DNA of 64,000 nucleotides, from NCBI GenBank assembly GCA_036262035.1, contig DATAJS010000011.1:36826-100825 (forward strand), in the 5' to 3' direction. The DNA comes from Burkholderiales bacterium (GTDB taxonomy: Bacteria > Pseudomonadota > Gammaproteobacteria > Burkholderiales > SG8-41). The translations under genes and the position numbers were made by a program. This document shows positions 34,854 to 43,203 of the stretch, piece after piece. The notes beneath the pieces are model-generated. The model was not told the origin of the DNA. It saw only the letters and a list, made by a program, of their open reading frames with translations, and did not search any database. The first letter of the stretch is position 1, and the number at the start of each line of letters is the position of its first letter.

Positions 34854-36463
34854 GCCGGTGTGCTCCGAGTGTGGTCTTCGGTCCACGGCCGTTCGGCCGC
34901 GGCGTTCCTTCCCGCGATGCGGCCGAAGGTGATGCCTTCGGCGAGGTTGCCGCCGCCCTGATATACGAACTGGAAAACCGATGAGATCTCGCCCGCGGTA
35001 TACAGCCGGGGAATCGGCAGGTCGTCCCAGTCGAGCACCTCGCGGCGGCCGTTCGAGCGCAGGCCGCCCGTGGTGTTGGGGCCGCCGGGATAAAGGGGGA
35101 TCGCATAGAACGGCGGCTTGGCGACGGGCCCCATCGTATTCGGTTCGCGCTCGAAGTCCGCGTCGTGCCCGCTCGCGCAATAGCCGTTGTAGGTCTGGAC
35201 CGTGTACGCGAGCGCCGCCGGATCCATGTAGCCGCGATTGTCGGGATGCGCGCGGATCTTCGCGCCGAGCGCTTCGATCGTCGCGCCTTCGAGTATCCAG
35301 CCTTTGTCGAGCGCGGCGCGGTTGTCGTCTCCCCACTCGATGCCCATGTACTTCGCGCGCCCGACGCGCACCAGCGGGCCGGCCTCCATCAGCGTCGAGT
35401 CGAACACCATCCACGAAGGGATGCGGGGATAGGTGAGGGTGGCGGTGTCGAAGCGCAGCGCTTCCTTGTAGAAGTGATAGCGGCTCGGGTCTTTCGTGAT
35501 GCGCCGCTCGCCGGCGTAGCGCCGGCCGCGGTTGTCGACCACGATCTCGTTCGGCTTGCCCACGCTCGCGGTGTTGAGCCCCACCTTGAGGCCGTGCCGA
35601 CGCTCGGGGATGGCGCAGATCACGCGCCCCGCGATGCCGCCGATCTTGGCGAGCGCCGCTCCGGCTTTCATCGCCATGCGTAGGCCGTCGCCGGTGTTGG
35701 CGGGCGAGCCGTAGAACGCCCAGCCTTCGATGCCGGGGCCGTCGAGGAACGCCTTGCGCATGCGCTTGTGGTATTCGTAGCCGCCGCAGGTGAGCACCAC
35801 GCCGCGCCGGGCGTAGTAGCGAATCTTTTCGTCGCCGCGCTTTGCCGTGACGCCGAGCACCGCGCCCTCGTCGTCGAGGATGAGGCTGTGCGCCGGTGTG
35901 TCGTAGTGGATGTCGACCTTGCGCGACTGCAGTCCGGTGAGCAGGCACGCGTGAAACGCTTCACCCGACTGCTTCTGCGTCTTGGGCGCGTTCTGGGTGC
36001 TCGTGTTCCACACCGCCTCGTCGCTGGAGCCGGTGTAGGTGCTCTTTACCACCGCGTAACCGGATTCGGCCGCGCCCGGAAACTCCGGGAACGCCGCGTT
36101 CGACAGGCTCACCGTCCGGAACTGCGGATCGAGGCTGCGCATGAAAGGCTCGTTGTCGGGCGCGTGCTTCGCCCAGAGCTCCGCGAGTTCGTCGGAGAGC
36201 TCGGGCTGCTCGCCTTCGAGGTTGGACGGCAGGTTCTCGCCGCTGAACATCGCCTTGGCGTAAGCCTTCAGCGCTTCGAAGCTGCCGTCACGGCGCGGGC
36301 TGTGGAAGCCGCCGCCGCTCATGCGCGTGCTCGAATAGTGAGTGTCTTCGGCCTGCTTCTCCAGCAGGATGACGTGGGCGCCGCTGTCGTGCGCCTCGAT
36401 CGCCGCGCAGGCCCCGGCCGCGCCGAAGCCCACGACGACGACGTCGCAGTAGAGCTCTTTCAT
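34850..36463 (-). CDS. FAD-dependent oxidoreductase (FAD_binding_2 type; KstD / fumarate-reductase-flavoprotein-like)
   Basis: 537 aa from ATG 36463 in ORF 34850..37282. CDVVVVGFGAAGACAAIEA dinucleotide motif; C-terminal LYTAGEISS. Confidence 0.85.
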   Translation of the reverse strand: MKELYCDVVVVGFGAAGACAAIEAHDSGAHVILLEKQAEDTHYSSTRMSGGGFHSPRRDGSFEALKAYAKAMFSGENLPSNLEGEQPELSDELAELWAKHAPDNEPFMRSLDPQFRTVSLSNAAFPEFPGAAESGYAVVKSTYTGSSDEAVWNTSTQNAPKTQKQSGEAFHACLLTGLQSRKVDIHYDTPAHSLILDDEGAVLGVTAKRGDEKIRYYARRGVVLTCGGYEYHKRMRKAFLDGPGIEGWAFYGSPANTGDGLRMAMKAGAALAKIGGIAGRVICAIPERRHGLKVGLNTASVGKPNEIVVDNRGRRYAGERRITKDPSRYHFYKEALRFDTATLTYPRIPSWMVFDSTLMEAGPLVRVGRAKYMGIEWGDDNRAALDKGWILEGATIEALGAKIRAHPDNRGYMDPAALAYTVQTYNGYCASGHDADFEREPNTMGPVAKPPFYAIPLYPGGPNTTGGLRSNGRREVLDWDDLPIPRLYTAGEISSVFQFVYQGGGNLAEGITFGRIAGRNAAAERPWTEDHTRSTPA

Positions 36464-37647
36464 GACTGCATTCCGATGACGCCGTCCGCCTGCAGCCGCG
36501 CGATCTCCTCGCCGCTCAGGCCCACCGCTTCGAGGATCTCGCGCGTGTGCTCGCCGATCTGCGACGGGTAGGGCGAGCGTATCGCGCCCGGAGTCTCGCT
36601 CAGCCTGGGCACCGGCGCCACGGTCTCCATGGTGCGTCCGTCGGGGAACGCGATCGTCTGGATCGCTTCGCGCGCCTTGATCTGCTCGAGCTCGACGACT
36701 TCTCGATAGCTGTTGATCGGCGCGCAGATGAGGTCGTGCCGTTCGCACAGCTCGAGCCATTCGGCCGAGGTGCGCTCCTTCAGCACGCCTTCGATGATCT
36801 CCTTGAGCGCGCGATGGTGCTCCTGCCGCGTCGGCCGCTCCTGGAAGCGCGGGTCGGTCGCGAGCGTAGGGATGCCGAGCACCTCGCGGCACAAGGCGTT
36901 CCAGCGGTCGGTCGTGTAGGCCGCGAGCATGATGTAGCCGTCCTTCGTGCGATACGCCTCGTTGGGTGTCGCATAGGGCGCGCGGCTGCCGGTCTTCGGG
37001 GGAATCTTGCGCGAGCTCAGGTACCGCGTGAGCGACGACTTCTGGAGCACGAGGGCGCCTTCGAGCAGGCTCACGTCGACATGCTGCCCCACGCCGTGCC
37101 GCTCGCGCGCGTAGAGCGCCATCATGATGCCCTGCACCGCGAGCATGCCGCCGGTCATGTCGACGGCCGGGAACGAGATCTTGAGCGGCTCGTCGGCCGG
37201 CGAGTCGCCGTCGCGGCCGAGCACGCTCATCATTCCCGAGATCGCCTGGATGATGCCGTCCACGCCGGGCCGGTCTTTCCACGGGCCGGTCTGTCCATAG
37301 GCGCTGACCGAGCAGTAGACGATGCCCGGATTGACCTCGCGCACCGCCTCGTAGCCGAGCCCGAGGCGTGTCATCACTCCGGGGCGGAAGCTCTCCATCA
37401 CCACGTCGGCGGTCGCGATCATGAGTTTGGCGAGCGCGATGCCGTCGGGATGCTTGAGGTCGATCGCGATGCCTTTCTTGTTGCGGTTGAACTCGCGCGT
37501 GCCGAGGCCGGGCGTGGTGCGCGACCAGTCGCCGGTGCGCGGCTCGACCTTGAAGATCTCCGCGCCGAAGTCGCCCAGCGTGGCCGTCGCGAGCGGCGCG
37601 GCGCCGCCCATACCGAAGCAGACCACGCGGACGCCGTCGAGCGGCAT
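36460..37647 (-). CDS. family III (CaiB/BaiF) CoA-transferase
   Basis: 395 aa from ATG 37647 (MPLDGVRVVCFGMGGAAPLATATLGDFGAEIFKVE). PGVDGIIQAISGMMSVLG. The track extension to 37752 is a translated REP element. Confidence 0.88.
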   Translation of the reverse strand: MPLDGVRVVCFGMGGAAPLATATLGDFGAEIFKVEPRTGDWSRTTPGLGTREFNRNKKGIAIDLKHPDGIALAKLMIATADVVMESFRPGVMTRLGLGYEAVREVNPGIVYCSVSAYGQTGPWKDRPGVDGIIQAISGMMSVLGRDGDSPADEPLKISFPAVDMTGGMLAVQGIMMALYARERHGVGQHVDVSLLEGALVLQKSSLTRYLSSRKIPPKTGSRAPYATPNEAYRTKDGYIMLAAYTTDRWNALCREVLGIPTLATDPRFQERPTRQEHHRALKEIIEGVLKERTSAEWLELCERHDLICAPINSYREVVELEQIKAREAIQTIAFPDGRTMETVAPVPRLSETPGAIRSPYPSQIGEHTREILEAVGLSGEEIARLQADGVIGMQS

Positions 37648-37652
37648 CCGGC

Positions 37653-37754
37653 GCGCGTCGCGAGATTGCTTCGTCACGTCGTTCCTCGCAACGACAATAG
37701 CGGAGTCATCGCGAGGCGCGAGCAAACGCGCCGTGGCGATCTCGTGGCGCACGC
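37653..37754. repeat. REP-like element, two units head-to-head (family 1)
   Basis: CGTCGCGAGATTGCTTCGTCACGTCGTTCCTCGCAACGAC-aatagcgga-GTCATCGCGAGGCGCGAGCAAACGCGCCGTGGCGATCTCGTGGCGCACGC. Confidence 0.8.
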
Positions 37755-37783
37755 CATCTTTCTCATGAAACTCCTTGCATCGT

Positions 37784-38848
37784 TCAGCCCGGCGCGATGC
37801 CGAGCTCTTTCACCAGGTTGCGCCAGCGGGGAATCTCGTCGGCGATGAGGCGCCGGAATTCGGCCGGTGTCGTCGTGGTCGCCTGGCTGCCCTGCACCCT
37901 GAGCTTGTCGCGAATCTCGGGCGTCTTTGCAGCCTGCGCGACGGTCGCATTCAGCCTGTCGATGATACGGGCAGGCGTGCGTGCCGGCGCGACCAGGCCG
38001 TTCCACGCGTAGACCGCGAAGCCCGCATAGCCTTGTTCCGCGACCGTCGGCGTCTCGGGCAGACCTTCGGAGCGCTCGGCCCCCGTGACCGCGAGCGCGC
38101 GCAGCCGGCCGGCTTTCGCGTGCGGCCACGCGGAGACGATGCTCGATACCGCGACGTGCAGGCGGCCGGCCATCGCGTCGACGAACGCGCCGCCCATCGA
38201 TTTGTACGGCACGTAGGTCGATTGCGTGCGGATGCCGGTCGCGGTGAGGAAATACATGGTGACGAGGTGGGTGCCGCTGCCGATGTTGCCCGCGCCGGCG
38301 TTGAGCATTCCCGGCTTCGCTTTCGCCAGCGCCACGAGCTCCTTCACCGACGTCACGGGCAGGCCGGGATACGAGGTCACCAGGTACGGATCGCGATTGA
38401 GCAGCGTCACGGGCGCGAAATCGTGGACCACATCCACCGGCAGGTCCTTCACCAGCGCCGGCGCGAAGGTGAAGCTCGGCACGACGAGGAGCAGGGTGTA
38501 GCCGTCGGGGTTGGCGCCCGCGACGAGCTGGAGCGCGGTAATGCTCGCGAGCCCCGAGCCCGCACGGTTGTCGACGACGAAGCGCTGGCCGAGCGCGTCG
38601 CCCATCTTCTCCGCGTACATGCGCAGCACGGTGTCGGCGGTTCCGCCGGCGAGCTGCGCGATGACGACGCGGACCGGCTTCGATGGATAGACGTTCGTGC
38701 CCTGTGCCGAAGCGGCCGATGTCGCGCACACGGTCATCGCGAGGAGCGCGAAAGCGCGACGAAGCGATCTCGTGGCGCACGATAGCGGTTTGCGAGCATC
38801 TCGGGATCGCGTCGTCGCAGCGCTCCTCGCGATGACAAGCCGGCTCAA
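37784..38848 (-). CDS. Bug/TctC-family periplasmic solute-binding protein; 5' end contains a REP element
   Basis: The only in-frame start is TTG 38848, overlapping the upstream TGA (TTGA). Mature part: YPSKPVRVV, DNRAGSG, PDGYT, VPYKS. The start is uncertain. Confidence 0.8.
   Translation of the reverse strand: MSRLVIARSAATTRSRDARKPLSCATRSLRRAFALLAMTVCATSAASAQGTNVYPSKPVRVVIAQLAGGTADTVLRMYAEKMGDALGQRFVVDNRAGSGLASITALQLVAGANPDGYTLLLVVPSFTFAPALVKDLPVDVVHDFAPVTLLNRDPYLVTSYPGLPVTSVKELVALAKAKPGMLNAGAGNIGSGTHLVTMYFLTATGIRTQSTYVPYKSMGGAFVDAMAGRLHVAVSSIVSAWPHAKAGRLRALAVTGAERSEGLPETPTVAEQGYAGFAVYAWNGLVAPARTPARIIDRLNATVAQAAKTPEIRDKLRVQGSQATTTTPAEFRRLIADEIPRWRNLVKELGIAPG
38733..38836. repeat. REP-like element, two units tail-to-tail (family 1), inside the 5' coding region of the Bug gene
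   Basis: GTCATCGCGAGGAGCGC-gaaa-GCGCGACGAAGCGATCTCGTGGCGCAC...GCGCTCCTCGCGATGAC. The outer 17-bp arms are perfectly complementary. Confidence 0.8.
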
Positions 38849-39828
38849 TGCAGGCTCCCGGCCATCCCGAGCTGTTCGATCAGCGCGCGCCAGCGCGGGC
38901 TCTCGCGACCGATGAGCTGCCTGAATTCCGCCGGGGTGCTGCCGACCGCTTCACCGCCGAGCGCCCTGATCTTGTCGGCGACGTCGGGGGTCTTCGCAGC
39001 CTGCGCCGCGGCCGAGCTCAGCCGGGCCGTGAGCGCCGCCGGCGTCTTCGCCGGCGCGACGAGACCGTACCACGCCGTCGCCTCGACGCCGGGCAGACCC
39101 TGCTCGGCGATCGTCGGCAGGTCGGGCCACGTCGGCGAGCGATGCGCGCTGGTGACGCCGAGCGCTCGCAGGCGGCCGGCTTTGACGTGCGGCCCGCCGC
39201 TCACGATGCTCGAGATGCCCGCGTGCATACGGCCTGCCATCAGGTCGGTGAACGCAAGGCCGGTGCCTTTGTAAGGCACGTAGACGACGTCTTCGCGGAT
39301 GCGCCCTTCGTTGAGGAAGAGCATCGACACCAGATGCGTGCCGCTGCCGATGTTGCCCGAGCCCATGTTGAGATACCCGGGCTTGGACTTGGCGAGCGCG
39401 ATGAAATCCTTCACCGACTTCACCGGCAGGCCGGGGTAGATCGACAGCATGTAAGGATCGTGTGAGAGCAGCGTGACCGGCGCGAAATCCTCGGTACGCA
39501 CGCGCACCTCTTTCGCCAGCGCGGGCATGAAGGTAAAGCTCGGCGTGACCGCGAGCAGGGTATAACCGTCGGGATTGGCGGTCGAGACCAGCGCCTGGAC
39601 ACCGATGCTGGCCACACCGCTGCCGGCGCGGTTGTCGATGACGATCTGCTGTCCGAGCGTCTCGGCCATCTTCTGCCCGAAGAGACGCGCGACCGCGTCG
39701 GTCGATCCGCCGGGCGGCTGCGGGACGACCACCCGGATCGGCTTGCTCGGATAGCGATCGGCGGCATACGCCGTCGCGGCGAGCAGGCTCGCCGCGAGGC
39801 ACCGTACCAGTATGGAGAGCGTGTTCAA
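38845..39828 (-). CDS. Bug/TctC-family periplasmic solute-binding protein (tandem paralogue of 37784..38848)
   Basis: TTG start with AAGGA SD. MNTLSILVRCLAASLLAATAYA, YPSKPIRVV, DNRAGSG, PDGYT, VPYKG. Confidence 0.88.
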   Translation of the reverse strand: MNTLSILVRCLAASLLAATAYAADRYPSKPIRVVVPQPPGGSTDAVARLFGQKMAETLGQQIVIDNRAGSGVASIGVQALVSTANPDGYTLLAVTPSFTFMPALAKEVRVRTEDFAPVTLLSHDPYMLSIYPGLPVKSVKDFIALAKSKPGYLNMGSGNIGSGTHLVSMLFLNEGRIREDVVYVPYKGTGLAFTDLMAGRMHAGISSIVSGGPHVKAGRLRALGVTSAHRSPTWPDLPTIAEQGLPGVEATAWYGLVAPAKTPAALTARLSSAAAQAAKTPDVADKIRALGGEAVGSTPAEFRQLIGRESPRWRALIEQLGMAGSLH

Positions 39829-39847
39829 GATCGTTCGTCCTTGCGGG

Positions 39848-40261
39848 CTATACGGCGCTCGGCCGGAACTTCGGGATCGAGACTTCGGGCGTGACCGCGT
39901 CGAATACGACTTCGACCGGGTCCCCGATCTTCACCGCGTCGTTGTCCACGCCGACGATGTTGCTGTACATGCGCGGCCCTTCGGCGAGCTGCACCAGCGC
40001 GACGTTGTAGGGGATGTCTTCTGCGAACGCCTTGTTGTAGAGCTGGTGGAACACGACGTACGAGAAGACCACGCCGCGTCCGGACAGCGGCTTCCATGCG
40101 AACTCGTACGAGAGGCAGTCGGGGCAGACGTGGCTGATCGGGTAGCGGATGTGGCCGCACCCGCCGCACTGCTGGAGCTGGAGCCTGCCCTGTTTGCAGC
40201 CTTCCCAGAACGGGCGGTTCTCGTCGGTGATCGCCGGCAGCGGTTTCCTGTACTCGCTCAT
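39848..40261 (-). CDS. DUF35 zinc-ribbon + OB-fold protein (thiolase partner)
   Basis: 137 aa from ATG 40261 in ORF 39848..41140. CGGCGHIRYPISHVCPDC ribbon. TGATG 1-nt overlap with the thiolase-like stop. Confidence 0.85.
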   Translation of the reverse strand: MSEYRKPLPAITDENRPFWEGCKQGRLQLQQCGGCGHIRYPISHVCPDCLSYEFAWKPLSGRGVVFSYVVFHQLYNKAFAEDIPYNVALVQLAEGPRMYSNIVGVDNDAVKIGDPVEVVFDAVTPEVSIPKFRPSAV

Positions 40262-41406
40262 CAGCCTTTCCTCAGGATCGTCACGTTGGAGGTATTGAGC
40301 GCGGCCCCGCGCCCGGTGACGAGGCAGACTTCGGCATCCTTCACCTGGCGCTCGCCGCATTCGCCGCGCATCTGCCGCACGCCCTCGACCAGGTGCAGCC
40401 AGCCTTCCATGTACGACTCGGAGAGGTTGCCGCCGGCGGTGTTGATCGGCAGCTCGCCGCCGAGCTGGATGCGCCCGCCTTCGACGAAGGGACCCGACTC
40501 GCCGACCTTGCAGAATCCGCCGTGCTCGAACCACAGCAGCACGCTGCTGGTGAAGTTGTCGTAGAGCTGGCAGACGTCGATGTCTTTCGGTCCGACACCC
40601 GCCATGGCGTAGGCGTCCCGGATCGCGAGCTTCTGGTGCGGCACGTACCACCAGTCCTCGCGTTCCATGTTGCGCGTCGTATACGCCTGGCCCATGCCGG
40701 AGACCAGCACGAGCGGCTGCTTCAGGTCCTTCGCGCGCTCCGCGGTGGTGACGATGTAGCACACGCCGCCGTCGGAGATGAGGCAGCAGTCGAGCAGGTG
40801 CAGCGGCTCCACGATCCAGCGCGACGCCTGGTGGTCCTCGATCGTGATCGGCGTGCGCATCACCGCGTTCGGGTTCATCGACGCGTGCTTGCGGCACGCG
40901 ACCGCGATCTCGCCGAGCTGGCGGCTCGTCGTGCCGTACAGCGCCATGTGCCGCGACGCGGTGATCGCGCTGTTCGCGCACGCCGACATGAAGCCCCAGA
41001 TGCCGAGCGAGTCGCCCCAGCCCGAGGCGCGGTCGAAGCGCGAGCCGCCGGTCGCCGCGGCGTCGCCGAACACGCACGCGACGTAATTCGCCATGCCCGC
41101 GTTCACTGCGAGCGCGGCCTGGTGGAGCAGCGCGCCGCACGTGCCGCCGCCCGCCTTGAGGCTGCCGGTGTAGCGCGGATCGATGCCGAGCGCCTCGCCG
41201 ACACGCAGGTAGTTGTAACCCTCTTCCGGCGAAGTCGTGCCCGGGAAGGTGAGGAGCCCGTCGATCTGGTTTTTCTTCAGCCCCGAATCGTCGAGCGCGC
41301 GCTTGAACGCTTCGACGGCGAGCGAGAGGGCGGTCGACCCGGGCAGCTTGCCCTGCGGGCTCGCCCCCACGCCCACGATCGCGGTCTTGTCACGCAATGG
41401 ATGCAT
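40261..41406 (-). CDS. thiolase-like / SCP-x-type enzyme
   Basis: 381-aa ORF. INTAGGNLSESYMEGW C-terminal thiolase-like motif. The stop overlaps the DUF35 start. Confidence 0.85.
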   Translation of the reverse strand: MHPLRDKTAIVGVGASPQGKLPGSTALSLAVEAFKRALDDSGLKKNQIDGLLTFPGTTSPEEGYNYLRVGEALGIDPRYTGSLKAGGGTCGALLHQAALAVNAGMANYVACVFGDAAATGGSRFDRASGWGDSLGIWGFMSACANSAITASRHMALYGTTSRQLGEIAVACRKHASMNPNAVMRTPITIEDHQASRWIVEPLHLLDCCLISDGGVCYIVTTAERAKDLKQPLVLVSGMGQAYTTRNMEREDWWYVPHQKLAIRDAYAMAGVGPKDIDVCQLYDNFTSSVLLWFEHGGFCKVGESGPFVEGGRIQLGGELPINTAGGNLSESYMEGWLHLVEGVRQMRGECGERQVKDAEVCLVTGRGAALNTSNVTILRKG

Positions 41407-42183
41407 CTACCTTCCTTTGTACTGCGGCTTGCGCTTCTCGGCGAACGCCTTGCGGCCTTCGATGCGGTCTTCGCTGTGATAGAGGAGGCCGAACACGTAG
41501 CGCTCGGAGTCGATCGCCTGGGCGAGCGGCATGTCGAGGCCGCGCTTGGCGAGCCGCTTGATCGCGCGCACCGCAAGCGGCGCGTTCGATGCGATCTTGC
41601 CGGCGATCTCGAGCGCGGCCGGCATCAGGCGCTCGCGCGGCACGACCTTGCTCACGAGCCCGGTGCGCAGCGCTTCCTGCGCGTCGATGCGCTCGGCGGT
41701 CAGCAGCATCAGCATGGCGTCCGACATCCCGATCGCGCGCGGCAGCCGCTGCGTGCCGCCCGAGCCGGGGATGCTGCCGACGCGCGCTTCCGACAGCGCG
41801 AACTGCGCGTTGTCGGAGCAGATGCGGATGTCGCACGCGAGCGCGATCTCCATCCCGCCGCCCATCGCGTAGCCGTTCACCGCCGCGATGATCGGCTTGT
41901 CCATTTCCATGTGGGCGACCGGGGAGACCGGACTGGGCCGCGAGAACGTCTCCTGGGCGAAGCTCTGGTCGGACGGCAGCGTCTTCTTGAGGTCGGCGCC
42001 GGTGCAGAAGGACTTCTCTCCCGCCCCGGTGACGATCACCACGCGCACGTCGTCGTCCTCGCGCACGCGCGCCCAGGTGCTGATCAGCTCCTCGCGCGTC
42101 TCCGGGTCGATGGCGTTCATCGCCTCGGGGCGGTTCAGCGTCACGGTCGCGACGTGGTTTTCCACGCTCACCAGGACGGTCAT
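41407..42183 (-). CDS. enoyl-CoA hydratase/isomerase family (first gene of the long minus-strand operon)
   Basis: 258 aa from ATG 42183 (GAGGAG SD) in ORF 41407..43170. VTGAGEKSFCTGADL, AVNGYAMGGG. Confidence 0.88.
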   Translation of the reverse strand: MTVLVSVENHVATVTLNRPEAMNAIDPETREELISTWARVREDDDVRVVIVTGAGEKSFCTGADLKKTLPSDQSFAQETFSRPSPVSPVAHMEMDKPIIAAVNGYAMGGGMEIALACDIRICSDNAQFALSEARVGSIPGSGGTQRLPRAIGMSDAMLMLLTAERIDAQEALRTGLVSKVVPRERLMPAALEIAGKIASNAPLAVRAIKRLAKRGLDMPLAQAIDSERYVFGLLYHSEDRIEGRKAFAEKRKPQYKGR

Positions 42184-42255
42184 GGCGTCTCCTCGGGGGC
42201 CACTCGTATCCCGCAGAGTGTATGAACCGCGGCTTAGGCCCGGAAGAAACGTTTT

Positions 42256-42271
42256 GTTATCATTTGATAAC
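42256..42271. promoter_or_regulatory. LysR-type operator candidate (T-N11-A containing palindrome)
   Basis: GTTATCA-TT-TGATAAC in the 108-nt divergent region between the operon start (42183) and the LysR ATG (42292). Confidence 0.4.
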
Positions 42272-42291
42272 CGATCGATATCAATGCTCCG

Positions 42292-43200
42292 ATGAAGCTC
42301 CAGCAACTGCGCTACGTGTGCGAGATCGTCGACCGCGGCATGAACGTGTCGCGCGCCGCGGCGGCGCTGCACACGTCGCAGCCGGGCATCAGCAAACAGA
42401 TACGGATGCTCGAGGACGAGCTCGGTGTCGTGCTGCTCGAGCGGCGCAGCACGCGCATCACCGGCCTGACCGAGGCGGGGACGGCGCTGCTGCCGACGAT
42501 GCGCCAGATGCTGCAGGAGGGAGAGAACCTGAAGCGCCGCGCGCGCGAAGCGGCTTCCCCGGCGAACGCGAAGCTCATCATCGCCAGCACGCACACGCAC
42601 GCGCGCTACGTCCTGCCCGCGATGTTCAAGCGCTTCGTGGAGCGCTACCCGCATGTCGCGCTGCAGATGCGGCAGACGCGTACCGAGCGCATCATCGAGC
42701 TCCTGCGCAGCGGCGAGGCCGACATCGGCGTCACCACCGAGCCGGTCGAGCCGCTCGACGGTATCGCGCTGGCTCCGTGCTACCGCTTCGGCCACAGCAT
42801 CGTGACCGGGCCGGGCCACCCGCTGCTTGCGCTGCGCCGCCGGCTGACGCTGGATCACCTGCTGCGCTATCCCATCATCACCTACGACGAGCGATTCAAG
42901 CTGGGGCGCCTGGTGCGCGAGGAGTTCGAAAAGCGCGGTCTCGAGCCGAACATCGTCGTGCGGGCGATCGACTCGGACATCGCGAAGGCCTACGTGGAGG
43001 CGGGATTCGGCGTCGCGGTGCTGATGAGCATCGCCTACGACCGCAGGGACGACGAGGGCCTGCGCGCGCTGCCGGTGACCCACCTTTTCGGCGAGATCGT
43101 CTGCTACGCGATGACGCTCAGGGAGCGTCCGCTCGCGGCGCACGCCAAGCACTTCATCGGTTTGATGCAATCCGTCCCGGTGCCGGGACTGATGCGGTAG
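42292..43200 (+). CDS. LysR-family transcriptional regulator (CysB/Cbl-like subgroup)
   Basis: 302-aa ORF. HTH MNVSRAAAALHTSQPGISKQIRMLEDELG. Divergent from the catabolic operon. Confidence 0.9.
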   Translation: MKLQQLRYVCEIVDRGMNVSRAAAALHTSQPGISKQIRMLEDELGVVLLERRSTRITGLTEAGTALLPTMRQMLQEGENLKRRAREAASPANAKLIIASTHTHARYVLPAMFKRFVERYPHVALQMRQTRTERIIELLRSGEADIGVTTEPVEPLDGIALAPCYRFGHSIVTGPGHPLLALRRRLTLDHLLRYPIITYDERFKLGRLVREEFEKRGLEPNIVVRAIDSDIAKAYVEAGFGVAVLMSIAYDRRDDEGLRALPVTHLFGEIVCYAMTLRERPLAAHAKHFIGLMQSVPVPGLMR

Positions 43201-43203
43201 CGC

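Noticed and set aside
37648-37752. N-terminal extensions MRHEIATARLLAPRDDSAIVVARNDVTKQSRDARR (CoA-transferase) and MAHANN from GTG 34085 (hydratase)
   Set aside because: These codons are translated REP elements. Conserved family N-termini begin at the downstream ATGs (37647, 34067).
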